NCBI GenBank assembly: GCA_035540375.1
Contig: DATLGO010000101.1
Location: forward strand, 14,324-78,323
Reading direction: 5' to 3'
Length of the DNA: 64,000 nucleotides
Source: Thermoplasmatota archaeon
GTDB lineage: Archaea; Thermoplasmatota; SW-10-69-26; JACQPN01; JAJPHT01
The notes beneath the pieces were generated by a model. That model was given only the letters and a program-made list of their open reading frames with translations, made no database searches and had not been told where the DNA came from. The translations under genes and the position numbers were made by a program. Positions 34,759 through 44,921 of the stretch are shown one piece after another. Position 1 is the stretch's first letter, and each line of letters opens with the position of its first letter.

Positions 34759-36393
34759 TCACATCGGCTTCCCGCTTCCCTGGTTCGTGGCCGGGTCGAT
34801 GACCACGTTCACGACCGCGGGCCGGTTCGTGGCCTGCGCCCGCTTGAGCGCGGGGATGATCCCGCCGGGTTCCGTCACAAGCTCCCCGTGCGCCCCGAGC
34901 GCTTCCGCGACGAGGTCGTACCGGGTCTTCTCGCCGAGCTTCGTGGCCACCGCGCGCTCCTCGCCGTAGAGGCCGACCTGCGGGGCGCGGATCTGCGTCC
35001 ACGCGCCGTCATTCGCGACGACGACCACGACGGGGATGTCCTGGCGGACGCAGGAATCGATCTCGAAGCCGTTGAGGCCGAAGGATCCGTCGCCCGATAG
35101 CACGACGACCTTGCGGTCGGGGTGCGCGAGCTTCGCGGCCATCGCGAACGGGACGCCCACGCCGAGGCAGCCGAGGGGACCGGGGTCCATCCAGCGGCCG
35201 GGGCCCGCGACGGGGATCACCTTCGCGGCGGTCGCGACGACGTTGCCGCCGTCGCCCACGACGACGGTGTCGCGGTCCACGACGGAGGCGAGGTCTTTGA
35301 GGAAACGGTAGCTGTGGATCGGCGTCTGGCCGCTCGCGAGATCGTCGGCCCAGACCGCGAGCTTGCGGGCCTCCTCCTCGCGGAGCGCCGCGAGCCAGCG
35401 CGCGCGGTCGGGGGTCGCTCGGCCCTTGAGCGCGCGCGCGAGGTCTTCGAGGACGGCGCCCACGTGGCCCACGAGGCCCACGTCGACGTTGCGGTTGAGC
35501 GCGATCTGCGGCGCGTCGACCTCGACGCGGACCACCTGCGCAGCGGCCGGCACGGACTCGCCGTAGTTGAGGCGGAAGTCGAACGGGGTGCCGACGTCGA
35601 GGAGGACGTCGCACTCCGCGAGCGCGCGCCCGCGCGCGAGGTTGAAGAAATGCGGATCGCCTGGCGCGAGCGAGCCGCGCGCGAGGCCGTTCAGGAAGAC
35701 CGGCGCGCCGAGGACCTGCGCGAGGTCGGCGAGCGCGCCCGCGGCGCGGCACCAGCCGACGCTCGTGCCGGCGATGACGACGGGACGCTCGGCGGCCGCG
35801 AGGAGGCGGGCGGCGGCTTCGACGGCCTCGGGGTCGCCGCGCGGCCGCGCGTCGATGCGCGTGGCCCCGCGCGCGACGGGCGGCTCCTCCGCGTCGCCGA
35901 AGAGGATGTCCCACGGCACCTCGAGATAGGCGGGTCCCGTGCGCGGCGCGGTCGCCTGCCGGAAGGCCGTCGCGACGTATTCGCCGAGCCGGCGCGTCTC
36001 GTAGACGCCGCGCGCCCACTTCGTGACGGGCGCGACGACGGGAAGCTGGGTGCCTTCCTGCAGCGCGCCCTGGTCGAAGCGCGCGAAGTCGCCCTGGCCG
36101 CCGAGGCAGACCATCGGCGCGTCGAAGCGGTGAGCGTTCGCGAGACCCGTGACGGCGTTCATGACGCCCGGACCCGCGGTCACGAGCGCGACGCCGGGGT
36201 CGCCGAGCGTCGCGCGCGCCCAACCGTCGGCGGCCATCGCGGCGGCCTGCTCGTGGCGCACGTCCACGACGCGGATGCCCTCGTCGAGGCAGCCTTCGTA
36301 GATGGGCATGATGTGGCCGCCGCAGAGCGTGAAGGCGACCTTCACGCCCTCGCGCTTCAGGGCCTTCGCGACGAGCCGTCCGCCGTCGGTCAT
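34759..36393 (-). CDS. thiamine-diphosphate enzyme, acetolactate-synthase large-subunit-like
   Basis: N-terminal TPP-pyrimidine domain (AFTLCGGHIMPIYEG), central domain, and C-terminal TPP-binding GDGSFGLNG…NDGAW motif. Confidence 0.8.
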   Translation of the reverse strand: MTDGGRLVAKALKREGVKVAFTLCGGHIMPIYEGCLDEGIRVVDVRHEQAAAMAADGWARATLGDPGVALVTAGPGVMNAVTGLANAHRFDAPMVCLGGQGDFARFDQGALQEGTQLPVVAPVTKWARGVYETRRLGEYVATAFRQATAPRTGPAYLEVPWDILFGDAEEPPVARGATRIDARPRGDPEAVEAAARLLAAAERPVVIAGTSVGWCRAAGALADLAQVLGAPVFLNGLARGSLAPGDPHFFNLARGRALAECDVLLDVGTPFDFRLNYGESVPAAAQVVRVEVDAPQIALNRNVDVGLVGHVGAVLEDLARALKGRATPDRARWLAALREEEARKLAVWADDLASGQTPIHSYRFLKDLASVVDRDTVVVGDGGNVVATAAKVIPVAGPGRWMDPGPLGCLGVGVPFAMAAKLAHPDRKVVVLSGDGSFGLNGFEIDSCVRQDIPVVVVVANDGAWTQIRAPQVGLYGEERAVATKLGEKTRYDLVAEALGAHGELVTEPGGIIPALKRAQATNRPAVVNVVIDPATNQGSGKPM

Positions 36394-36697
36394 GCCGCGA
36401 CGAGCGGCCGGAGGCGGGATAAGCGTTGCCGCCTCAGGAGGCGCGCTCGCGCGCGACGAGCTCGCGCACGGCGACGACGAGGGGCCAGCCGACGAGGATG
36501 ACGCCCGCGAGGGCGGCGCCGAGACCGCCCCACGCGACGCCGCGGCCGGCGAGGTATTCCGAGACGACCTCGGTCGCGCCCGCGAAAAGGAGCACGGCCC
36601 CGAGGAGCACGGCGAGGGTCTTGAGGCCGAGGAGGAAGCTCTCGCGCGCGGCGCCCACGCGCGAGGATTCCGCCTCGGCCCCTTGAAGCCTTCGCCG

Positions 36698-38590
36698 TTA
36701 CCTGCGCACGTCCACGAAGTCGACGCGCAGGTTGCGGTCCTCGGACCCGATCCGGGCGTCGTTCGTGAACGCGATCGCGACCGTGCGCGCGCCCGCTGGC
36801 ACGTGCACGTACGCGACGTGGTCCGTGTGGCTCGTCGCCGAGACCGTCCACGTCGCCTTGGTCGCGCCGTCGATCTTCAGGCTCATCTTCGGGGCGACGC
36901 CGCCCGCCTTGTCCCCCTTCGCGCGGATCGTGAACTTGTAAGTTCCCGACTCCGGGATGGAGACCGATTGGCGGATCTCGCCGTTGCTCCAGATGTTCCA
37001 GCCCGCTCCCCCGGAAGCGGATCCGTCCGAGTAGCGGCCGCCGACGGGCCGCGAAGCGAAGGATTCGGCCTCGAACTTGCCGGGCGCGCCGCCCGTCGGC
37101 TGCGGCGCGGGCGCCGCGGAGCCGCCGGATCCGATGGCGACGCGGTCGACGTACAGGTTGCGGTCGCCGGCGCTTCCCGCGTAGTCGTTCACGAACGCGA
37201 CCTTGACCTCGCGCACCGCGCCCGCGGGCACGCTCACCGTCGCGGCGTAGGTCTTGTAGGTCGAGGAGCCGACGGTGAACGTGGCGACGGCCTGTCCGCC
37301 GACGCTCAGCACGGCCTTCGGCCACGCGCCGTTCGCGTACTGTCCGCGCGCGACGAACGAGACCGTGTGGGACCCGCCGTCGGGGAACTTCATGTCCTGC
37401 GCGACGTGGCCGTTCGACCACTGCTTCCACGTCCGGCCGCCGGAGGCCGCGCCGTCCGAGACGACGCCGCCCCCCGTCCGCTTCGCCATCGCCTCGGCCT
37501 CGATCACGGGTCCGGAGATGCTCGTCGTGAGCGTGGGCGTCGGAGCCGGCGAGGGGTCCGGCGAGGGCGCGGAGACGGCGCCGCCGCGCACGGCCTTCAC
37601 GCCGTTGACCCACGTCCAGAGCGAGGGCTTCGCGCTCCCGTCGGCGCGGGTGAGACCCCAGTACCGTTCCGCCCAACCGTAGTAGTTGGCGAGGTTGAAC
37701 GTGGGGCTGTCCTTGTAGCCGCGGTAGATCATGCCCTTGACGCCGGCGGCCTTGAAGTCGCCCGCGTGGTCGAAGAACCACTTGAGCACGGTGTTCTGGT
37801 GCTTCTCGTACGAGTCCGACGGGTACGAGGAGAGCGCGAGGTCCGTGAGGAACGTCGGCTTCTTGTACTTGTTGTGGAGGTAGCGCGCCGCGTCGAGGGC
37901 GGCCTGTCCGCCGCTCATGTACGTGCTGTGCGAGTCCTTCGTGGAGCCGCGCATCGTCTGGAAGCCCAGGTAGTCGCTCGTGGCGATGGTCTTCGGGAAG
38001 CGATCCCAGCTCGCCTTGTCCCAGTTGCCGAAGCCGATCACGATCTTCGCGTTCGGGGCGATCGACCGGATCGCCGCGGCCTGGGCCGTGAGCATCGAGT
38101 CGAACTTCGGAGCGTACCACGATTGCGTGATGCCGCCCTTGTTGAACTCCGTCTCGAGCACGATGATGGCGCCGCGCGAGCCCATGATGCTGTTCACGCG
38201 CTCGGCGAGCTTCCTGGTCATGTCGTTCCACTGCGCGCGGGACTTCTGCGCGTTGTGGAGCTTCGACCAGCAGCCGTTGTCGACGCACGACGGGGAGATG
38301 TCGTCGCCCCAGTACCACCACTGGATGACCGGCGTCACGCCCTTGTCGCGCGCCGCGCGGAGCCAACGGTCGATGCCGTCCCAGCCGCTCTTCGCGGTCC
38401 AGACGCCGACCCAGAAGAGGCCGTAGTCCGGCCTCGCGCCGTGCGAGGACAGCTTGTCCACCGCATCCATGTTCATCCCGAAGCCGAGCGCCGGGGAGGG
38501 CGCCGCGGAAGCGGTCGGGAGCACCGTCACGGCCGGGGCAAGGAGAGCGATCGCAAGAAGCGCCCCGGCGGATTTCTTCAATGCATTCAT
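36698..38590 (-). CDS. secreted glycoside-hydrolase-like TIM-barrel protein with two C-terminal carbohydrate-binding-module-like domains
   Basis: Signal peptide MNALKKSAGALLAIALLAPA; catalytic region paralogous to 40100..43066 (…PVIQWWYWGDDISPSCVDNGCW…LETEFNKGG…). Two repeats of the F-EAE-F…GG…W…WSNG…DRNL-VD type. Confidence 0.7.
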   Translation of the reverse strand: MNALKKSAGALLAIALLAPAVTVLPTASAAPSPALGFGMNMDAVDKLSSHGARPDYGLFWVGVWTAKSGWDGIDRWLRAARDKGVTPVIQWWYWGDDISPSCVDNGCWSKLHNAQKSRAQWNDMTRKLAERVNSIMGSRGAIIVLETEFNKGGITQSWYAPKFDSMLTAQAAAIRSIAPNAKIVIGFGNWDKASWDRFPKTIATSDYLGFQTMRGSTKDSHSTYMSGGQAALDAARYLHNKYKKPTFLTDLALSSYPSDSYEKHQNTVLKWFFDHAGDFKAAGVKGMIYRGYKDSPTFNLANYYGWAERYWGLTRADGSAKPSLWTWVNGVKAVRGGAVSAPSPDPSPAPTPTLTTSISGPVIEAEAMAKRTGGGVVSDGAASGGRTWKQWSNGHVAQDMKFPDGGSHTVSFVARGQYANGAWPKAVLSVGGQAVATFTVGSSTYKTYAATVSVPAGAVREVKVAFVNDYAGSAGDRNLYVDRVAIGSGGSAAPAPQPTGGAPGKFEAESFASRPVGGRYSDGSASGGAGWNIWSNGEIRQSVSIPESGTYKFTIRAKGDKAGGVAPKMSLKIDGATKATWTVSATSHTDHVAYVHVPAGARTVAIAFTNDARIGSEDRNLRVDFVDVRR

Positions 38591-38831
38591 CTTCACTCCG
38601 TCCAACCTCTCAGAGTCCGGATGGCGGCGACGCGCGCCGCAAGCCGCCGCGATCGGCGGCGATGTCGTTTCGTCCGACGTCGTCGACTGGACGGCGTCGG
38701 TCAAGTAACCGCGATTGGGCGCGAACTCGGCAAAGGGCCGTGAAGGCCACTTTTATGACCGATGGGTCCGGCGGCGCGCCTCCGGGGCTTGTTCCACAAC
38801 GCGGATGGCCGCGCGCGGCCGCTCGCGACGC

Positions 38832-40103
38832 ATGCGTGACGCGGCCGGAACCGACGCGCGCGGCCGCCCGCGTCGCGTCCTCGCGCCCATCGTGCTGGTA
38901 TTCGCGCTCCTGACGCCCCTCCCCGCGGGCGCTCAGGCGGCGGATTGGAAGCCCTTGGGCGCGACGCTCGTCGCGCAGAACCTCGAGATGCCCGTGGACA
39001 TCGCGCTCGGGCCCGACGGGATGGTCTATTACGTCGAGCTCTTCGGCGGCCACGTCCGCCGCCTCGATCCCGCGACGGGCGCGATCGACCCCGCGCCGGT
39101 CGCGACGGTGAAAGGCTTCAACACGGGCGGCGAGCGCGGCGTCTTCGGCCTCGCGCTCGACCCGGATTTCGAGCAGACGGGAGCCGTCTACGTTTCCTAT
39201 TCCAAGAACGGGAGCGCGCCGGGAACGACCGTGAACGTCCTCTCGCGCTTCGTCGACGGCGTCGAGCGCGTGCTCCTCGAACGGCCCGGAGACACGATGC
39301 ACAACGGCGGCCGCCTGCTTTTCGCGGACGGCCACCTCTTCGTCTCGACCGGCGACGCGACCTCGTTCCGCAACTGGTCCGAAGCGAAGGCCCGGCGCGC
39401 CCAGGATCCGCAGTCGCTCGCGGGGAAGATCCTCCGGCTCACGCCCGACGGCCACCCCGCGCCCGGCAACCCGTGGGGATCGGCCGCGTGGAGCCTCGGA
39501 CATCGCAACGTCTACGGGCTCGCCTACGATCCGACGACCCGCCGGCTCCTCGCGACCGAGAACGGGAACGAGCGGGCGGACGAGCTCAACCTCATCGTGG
39601 CCGGCGGGAACTACGGATGGCCCGACTGCGCCGGGCCGTGCTCGCCGGAGCGCGACGGCTTCATCGATCCGGCCTTCTGGTACGAGCGGACGATCGCGCC
39701 GACGGGCGCGACGTTCTTCCAGGGGCATTTCTGGTTCGCGGACTTCAACCAGGGCCGCATCCACCGGCTTCGCGAATCCGCGCCGGGCGTCTGGATGGAC
39801 GAGATCGCCCACACGTATTCGGGAGCTCCGTCCCGCGTGCTCGACCTCGAGGCGGGCCGCGACGGCAGATCGCTCTGGTTCACGAGCTGGAGCGAGCTTT
39901 GGCGACTCGACTTCGCGGACGACGGGTCCGGAAACGGCTCGAAGCCCACGGGACCCACCGGCCCCACGGGTCCGACGGGCCCCGACCTCGGGGGACCCGG
40001 CGGACCCGACGAGACGACCGGCGACCGGCCGATCGCGGCGGCGCCCGTCGTCGCGGTCGCGGCCGTCGCCGTCGTCGCCGCGCTTCTCGCTCGACGGCGT
40101 TAG
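38832..40103 (+). CDS. secreted PQQ-dependent soluble sugar (glucose/sorbosone) dehydrogenase-like beta-propeller
   Basis: RR-containing signal peptide; …LAQNLEMPVDIALGPDGMVYYVELFGGHVRRL…, …HNGGRLLFADGHLFVSTGD… and …GHRNVYGLAYDP… blocks typical of SGDH. C-terminal TGPTGPTGP linker plus hydrophobic anchor and RRR. Confidence 0.7.
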   Translation: MRDAAGTDARGRPRRVLAPIVLVFALLTPLPAGAQAADWKPLGATLVAQNLEMPVDIALGPDGMVYYVELFGGHVRRLDPATGAIDPAPVATVKGFNTGGERGVFGLALDPDFEQTGAVYVSYSKNGSAPGTTVNVLSRFVDGVERVLLERPGDTMHNGGRLLFADGHLFVSTGDATSFRNWSEAKARRAQDPQSLAGKILRLTPDGHPAPGNPWGSAAWSLGHRNVYGLAYDPTTRRLLATENGNERADELNLIVAGGNYGWPDCAGPCSPERDGFIDPAFWYERTIAPTGATFFQGHFWFADFNQGRIHRLRESAPGVWMDEIAHTYSGAPSRVLDLEAGRDGRSLWFTSWSELWRLDFADDGSGNGSKPTGPTGPTGPTGPDLGGPGGPDETTGDRPIAAAPVVAVAAVAVVAALLARRR

Positions 40104-43066
40104 CGCAGCACCAGCCCGGCCGCGTCGACGATGGCGTTCCTGTCCTCGGTGGACGTCCTGAGGTCGTTCACGTACGCGAGGCGCACGACCCGCTTCCCGG
40201 CCGCGAGATCGACCTTCGCCTCGAAGGCCGTGGTCCGGGAGGCGTCGAGGTCCCACTCGGCGACGACGACGCCGTCCACCGAGGCGACAAGCCGCGGCGC
40301 GACGCCGGAGGCGGGCGAGCCGCGGGCCATCGCCACGAGCGAGTAGGACCCCGCGGCCGCGACGTCGAACGTGGTCTCGATGTGCCCGTTCGCCCACAGG
40401 TTCCAGAGCGCCCCGCCCGACGACGAGGTCGAGGAGATCCTCCCGCCGACGGTCTTCGCGGCGAAGCTCTCCGCTTCGATCCATTGACCTCGCCGCGCGA
40501 GGAGGGAGACGCTGTCCACGTGCAGGTTGCGGTCCTCTCCGGGCCGTCGACCGTCGTTCGTGAACGCGACCTCGAAGGCCGTCGACCAGCGTCCGAGGAC
40601 GACGGGCACCTCGTAGTCGCGCCACGTCGCCGAATCGACCGTCCAGCGTCCCACGACCTGGCCTTCGAGCTTGAGCTCCATGATCGGCCAGACGCCGCCC
40701 GCGGGTTCGCCGCGCGCGCGGATCGAGAACCGGTAGACGCCGGCGTCCATCGCGGAGAGCTTGTCCCCGATGGCCCCGTTCGACCACACGTTCCACGCCG
40801 CGCCGCCCGAGGCGCCCGCGTCCGTGATGCGCCCGCCGACCGGCTTCGATGCGAAGGCTTCGGCCTCGCGCTTCTGGAGCGGCGTCTCGGCGGGCTTCTT
40901 GAGCGTGACTTCGGCGACGGCCGTGGACGAGCCGCCGCGCCCGTCGGTGACCGTGAGGCGGATGCTGTAGGTTCCCGCCTCGACGTACGCGTGGCTCGCC
41001 CTCGGGCCCGTGGCCCGCGAGCCGTCCCCGAAGTCCCAGGCGAACGCGAGCGGGTCCCCGTCGGGATCCGACGATCCGCTCGCGTCCGCGGTCACGACGA
41101 GGCCGGAGGTCGAAACCGTGAACCGCGCGGAAGGGGAACTTTGCGCGCGAACTTCGACCGTCGCCTTCGCGGAGGCGCCGAGCTCGTCGGTGACGGTGAG
41201 GACGACCGTGTGGGGTCCGGGCGTGGACCAGGTGTGGGTCACGCGAGGCCCGCTCGCGGTCCTGCCGTCGCCGAGCGACCACGCATAGGCGAGGGCGTGC
41301 CCGTCGGGATCCGAGGAATCCTCGGCCGAGAGCGTCGAGGTCGTGCCGGCGGAGGAGACCACGCGCGCGACGGCCGTCGGCGCCCGGTTCACGACCACGG
41401 TCTTCTCGGCCGAAGCCGTCGCGCCCGCGGGGTCGGTGACCTCGAGGCGGATCAGGTAGGTGCCCGCCGAGAGGTACGTGCGCGCGGCCTCGATCCCCTT
41501 CGCGGAGGTCCCGTCGCCGAACGTCCACGCATGGACGAGGCCCGGGCCGTCAGGATCGCTCGACGGGCTGCCGTCGACGACGACGCGGAGGCCGTCCTGC
41601 GAGACGGTGAACGCGGCCGAGGGGGCGCGGTTTGGGGGCGGCGGGTGCGCGATCTCGATCCAGTCGAGGATGAGGTTGCGGTCCTCGCTCGAGGTCCTCA
41701 GGTCGTTCTGGAAGACCACGCGGATCTCGCGGACGCCGGCCTGGACCTCGACGCGGGCGGTGAGCGTGATCCAGTCCCCGCGGAACTCGCGCTCGGCGAC
41801 CTTCTGGCCGTCGACCGTGAGCGAGGCGATGGCGCCAACGCCGTTCGCGAGCGATCCGCGCGCCCGGAACGACACGTCGTAGGACCCCGTCGCGGGGAAT
41901 TCGAACGCGTCGCCGACGGCGGCGTTCGCCCACACGTTCCAGGCGGTGCCGCCCGTCGCGCCCGAAGCCTTCTGGAGCGCGCCGGTCCGCAGGACCCGAA
42001 GATCCTCGGCCTCGACGAGCGCGAGGGCTTCGCGCGACGGCGGAGGCGGGAGGGGCCCGCGGTTCACGGCCTCGACCCAGACGTCGAAAGCGGGTTTGCG
42101 CGAGCCGTCCGGACGCTCGAGACCCCAATGCCTCTCGGCGATGCCGTAGTAGTTCGCGGTCGACATCGGCTGGTCGCGCAGGCTGCGGTAGATGACGGCC
42201 TGCACGCCGAGGGAAGCGAGCATGGGGATGCGGTCCATGACCGTCCTGATGGCCGCGGCCTGGTGCTCGAGCCAGTCCGGCTCGGGGTAGGACGACACCG
42301 CGAGATCCGTGAAGATCGAGGGTTTGCCGAAGCGGTCCCGGATCTCACGGGCGGCCTTCTCGCTGCGGTCGCCGATGCTCATGTACGTCGAGAGGTCCTG
42401 CCGGGTCGACCCCGAGAGGCCCTGGAATCCCATGAGGTCCGCAGCCTCGATCGACGCGGGGAACCGGTCCCAGCGATCCTTGCCCCACGAGCCGAACCCG
42501 AGGACGACCTTCACGCCGGGGACGCCTTGCAGCACGTCGATGTGCTTCTTGAGATAGCGGTCGAAGGTGGGCGCATAGGACGTCGAATCGATGCCGCCCT
42601 TGTTGAATTCCGTCTCGACGTTCACGAGGACCTCCGCGCCGCCCATGCGGTCGCGGATCTTCGAGGCGAGCGTGTGGACCATCGCGTCCCATTCCGCGCG
42701 GCTCTTCCACGTGTTGTGGAGGCTCGACCAGCAGCCGTTGTCCACGCACGAGGGCGAGATGTCGTCGCCCCAGTAGTACCACTGGATGAACGGCGTCACG
42801 CCCGCGGCCCGCGTGCGGTCGAGCATCCGCTCGAAGCCGCCCCACGAATCCCTCGTCCAGGGCCCGACCCACGTCGTGGCGTAGTCGGGCTTGATGCCGT
42901 AGTCGATGAGGTCGTCCATCGAGCCGTACGACATGCCGAAGCGCATCGCCTCCGCGGGCGCGGCCGACGCCGTGCCTGCGAAGACGCCGCCGAAAGCAGT
43001 CGTGAGGATCATTGCCGCTCCGAGGAGCGTGGCCAGGGACTTCCCGGGGGACGTCGGGGTCGCCAT
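40100..43066 (-). CDS. large secreted glycoside-hydrolase-like protein with one CBM-like domain, three PKD repeats and two further CBM-like domains
   Basis: Signal peptide; the catalytic region is a paralog of 36698..38590. Three PKD-type repeats (…SSDPDG…WDFGDG…GxYTxxLTVTD…); CBM-like modules ending DRNLxxD. Confidence 0.75.
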   Translation of the reverse strand: MATPTSPGKSLATLLGAAMILTTAFGGVFAGTASAAPAEAMRFGMSYGSMDDLIDYGIKPDYATTWVGPWTRDSWGGFERMLDRTRAAGVTPFIQWYYWGDDISPSCVDNGCWSSLHNTWKSRAEWDAMVHTLASKIRDRMGGAEVLVNVETEFNKGGIDSTSYAPTFDRYLKKHIDVLQGVPGVKVVLGFGSWGKDRWDRFPASIEAADLMGFQGLSGSTRQDLSTYMSIGDRSEKAAREIRDRFGKPSIFTDLAVSSYPEPDWLEHQAAAIRTVMDRIPMLASLGVQAVIYRSLRDQPMSTANYYGIAERHWGLERPDGSRKPAFDVWVEAVNRGPLPPPPSREALALVEAEDLRVLRTGALQKASGATGGTAWNVWANAAVGDAFEFPATGSYDVSFRARGSLANGVGAIASLTVDGQKVAEREFRGDWITLTARVEVQAGVREIRVVFQNDLRTSSEDRNLILDWIEIAHPPPPNRAPSAAFTVSQDGLRVVVDGSPSSDPDGPGLVHAWTFGDGTSAKGIEAARTYLSAGTYLIRLEVTDPAGATASAEKTVVVNRAPTAVARVVSSAGTTSTLSAEDSSDPDGHALAYAWSLGDGRTASGPRVTHTWSTPGPHTVVLTVTDELGASAKATVEVRAQSSPSARFTVSTSGLVVTADASGSSDPDGDPLAFAWDFGDGSRATGPRASHAYVEAGTYSIRLTVTDGRGGSSTAVAEVTLKKPAETPLQKREAEAFASKPVGGRITDAGASGGAAWNVWSNGAIGDKLSAMDAGVYRFSIRARGEPAGGVWPIMELKLEGQVVGRWTVDSATWRDYEVPVVLGRWSTAFEVAFTNDGRRPGEDRNLHVDSVSLLARRGQWIEAESFAAKTVGGRISSTSSSGGALWNLWANGHIETTFDVAAAGSYSLVAMARGSPASGVAPRLVASVDGVVVAEWDLDASRTTAFEAKVDLAAGKRVVRLAYVNDLRTSTEDRNAIVDAAGLVLR

Positions 43067-43250
43067 GCGGGGGACTCCGCGGCGAGGCCATTTGGCGGAG
43101 CGTTTTCACGTCGGCCGGAGGCGCGCCGTCCCAAAGCGTCACGGCGAAGGCGGGCGCGGCGGGCCCGCGCCGTCACCCCGAATGACGACAGACCGCCGAG
43201 CCCGCAAGGGCTATGACGGGGCCGGCGGGGAACCGAGGCCGGCAGGCTGC

Positions 43251-44921
43251 ATGGGCGCGCACGAAGAACCGGCGGCGGCCGCGCACCGCCGCAAGCGAGG
43301 CGAAACCGTCCGGAACGCGGTCGCATCCGCCGGGACCGACGCGGACGTCGCGCGCGCCCGGCTCCTCGCGGAAGCCGGGCTCACGAGCTACGAGTGCCGC
43401 ATCTATCTTGCGGCCTTCGGCCGGGGCGCCTGCGCCGCGAAGGACCTCGCGCGGCTCTCGGGCGTTCCCCGCACGCGCGTCTACGACGTTCTCGCGGCCC
43501 TCGCCTCGCGCGGCCTCGTCGAGGAGCGCGCCGGGCCGCCGCGCGCGTTCGTCGCGCTCCCCCCCGAATCCTTCCTCGCGCGGGAGGCCCGCGAGGCGGC
43601 CGCGCTCGTGTCCGTGCTCGAGACGCGCGTCGCCCAATGGCCGGCCGCTTCGCCCTCGCCCGCCGTCGACGCGCCGTTCCGCCTCATCGAAGGACCCGTC
43701 GCCGAATCGCAGGCCGTCGCCGAGGCGCTCGCAAAGGCGCGGACGTCCATGGCCTGCGACGTTCGCGCCGAGACGCTCTCGAGCTGGCTCAACGACGCCT
43801 CGCTCGCGCCGCTCCTTCGACGCGCCCTTGCGCTCCCCGAGGTGCAGGCCGTCGTCTCCGGCCCGGCCTCGGCGACGCTGCGGCTCGCGGCGGACGAAGC
43901 CGCCCCGGTCATCGCCGGCCGTCCCTCGCGCCGTCTCGACGTCGAGCGTGTCGTGATCGACGGCCGCCTGCTGCTCCTCCGCATCCCGCGCGCCTCGGGA
44001 GGCGCCGACGTCCTGGTCGCCGAGCACGAGGTCTTCGCGCGCGAAGAGGCGCGTGTCGTGCGCGCCGCGCGCGAGGCCGCCGCGCCCCTTGCCGCCGTCG
44101 CGGCGGCGATCCGCGCGGGCGCGCGGGTCCCGATCGAGCGAGGCGACGCCCGCGAGACCGTCCTCGCCGCGATCGAACGCGCCACGCGCGAGGTGATCTG
44201 GCTCGGCCCGCCCCCCGAAGGCGAGGTCGCGCAGCGCCTCCTCGCGCGGGCGGCCCTCGGCCTGCGCGTGCGCGTCCTCGGCCCCGCTCCCCTCCCGGGA
44301 CCCCCGTGGCCGCCCTCGGCCGCGCACCGCGAGGCGGCCGAAGTCGGCGCGCCGTTCGTCCTCGCGGACGGGGTCCTCGCCATCGAGCCGCGCGGAGACC
44401 GCGCGCTCGTCACCGCGGTTCCCGGACGCGGTCGCATCCTCCATTCGCTTTTCGAGACCCTGTGGTCGCGCGCCGCCCCCGGGGAAGGCGCCGCGCCGAC
44501 GCGCGCCCCGCATCGGCTCGGGGGCGTCGAGGACGTCGTCGCGGGCGTCCGAAGGGGCCTCGAAGCGACGCCCGCCGGCGGCGCCTTCGCGATCGCCCTC
44601 GCAACCGACGACGTCACGGCCTTCCTTCCGGACCTCGTCGCGGCTTCCGAGCGGCGACCTCGCCTGCGGGGGCGCATCCTCCTCGCGCGCGCCCCCCGCG
44701 ACGTCGCGCTCCCGGCGGGATTCGACGTCCGCATCGCGCCGCGTCAGCCCGCGAGCTACTTCGCGTCCGCCTGGTCCGGTCTCCTCTGGTGGGCGGGCGA
44801 CGCCCGCGCGCGCCCCGTCGGGCTCGGCGCGCACGATCCCGCGGCGGTCGAAGCGGCGCTCGCCGCGTTCGACCTCGCGTGGCGCCGCGCGCGACCCCTC
44901 CCCGGGAGGCGGCGCGCGTGA
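43251..44921 (+). CDS. TrmB-family sugar-responsive transcriptional regulator (long form)
   Basis: N-terminal TrmB wHTH (LLAEAGLTSYECRIYLAAFGRGACAAKDLARLSGVPRTRVYDVLAALASRGLVEE). Start chosen at MGAHEEP. Confidence 0.65.
   Translation: MGAHEEPAAAAHRRKRGETVRNAVASAGTDADVARARLLAEAGLTSYECRIYLAAFGRGACAAKDLARLSGVPRTRVYDVLAALASRGLVEERAGPPRAFVALPPESFLAREAREAAALVSVLETRVAQWPAASPSPAVDAPFRLIEGPVAESQAVAEALAKARTSMACDVRAETLSSWLNDASLAPLLRRALALPEVQAVVSGPASATLRLAADEAAPVIAGRPSRRLDVERVVIDGRLLLLRIPRASGGADVLVAEHEVFAREEARVVRAAREAAAPLAAVAAAIRAGARVPIERGDARETVLAAIERATREVIWLGPPPEGEVAQRLLARAALGLRVRVLGPAPLPGPPWPPSAAHREAAEVGAPFVLADGVLAIEPRGDRALVTAVPGRGRILHSLFETLWSRAAPGEGAAPTRAPHRLGGVEDVVAGVRRGLEATPAGGAFAIALATDDVTAFLPDLVAASERRPRLRGRILLARAPRDVALPAGFDVRIAPRQPASYFASAWSGLLWWAGDARARPVGLGAHDPAAVEAALAAFDLAWRRARPLPGRRRA

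Noticed and set aside
34326-34969. Small plus-strand ORFs 34326..34619 and 34655..34969 over the 76-bp repeats
   Set aside because: They are translations of the repeated hairpin element (Arg/Gly/Ala-rich), and the second is antisense to the TPP-enzyme 3' end. The repeats are better explained as structured non-coding elements.
36302-38743. 813-aa plus ORF and 658-aa minus ORF (36390..38366)
   Set aside because: They are off-frame or antisense translations of the secreted hydrolase gene 36698..38590. Only that frame gives a signal peptide and conserved paralogous blocks.
38945-43216. 1423-aa plus-strand ORF
   Set aside because: It is antisense to the large glycoside-hydrolase gene. Its composition is Arg/Gly/Asp-dominated.
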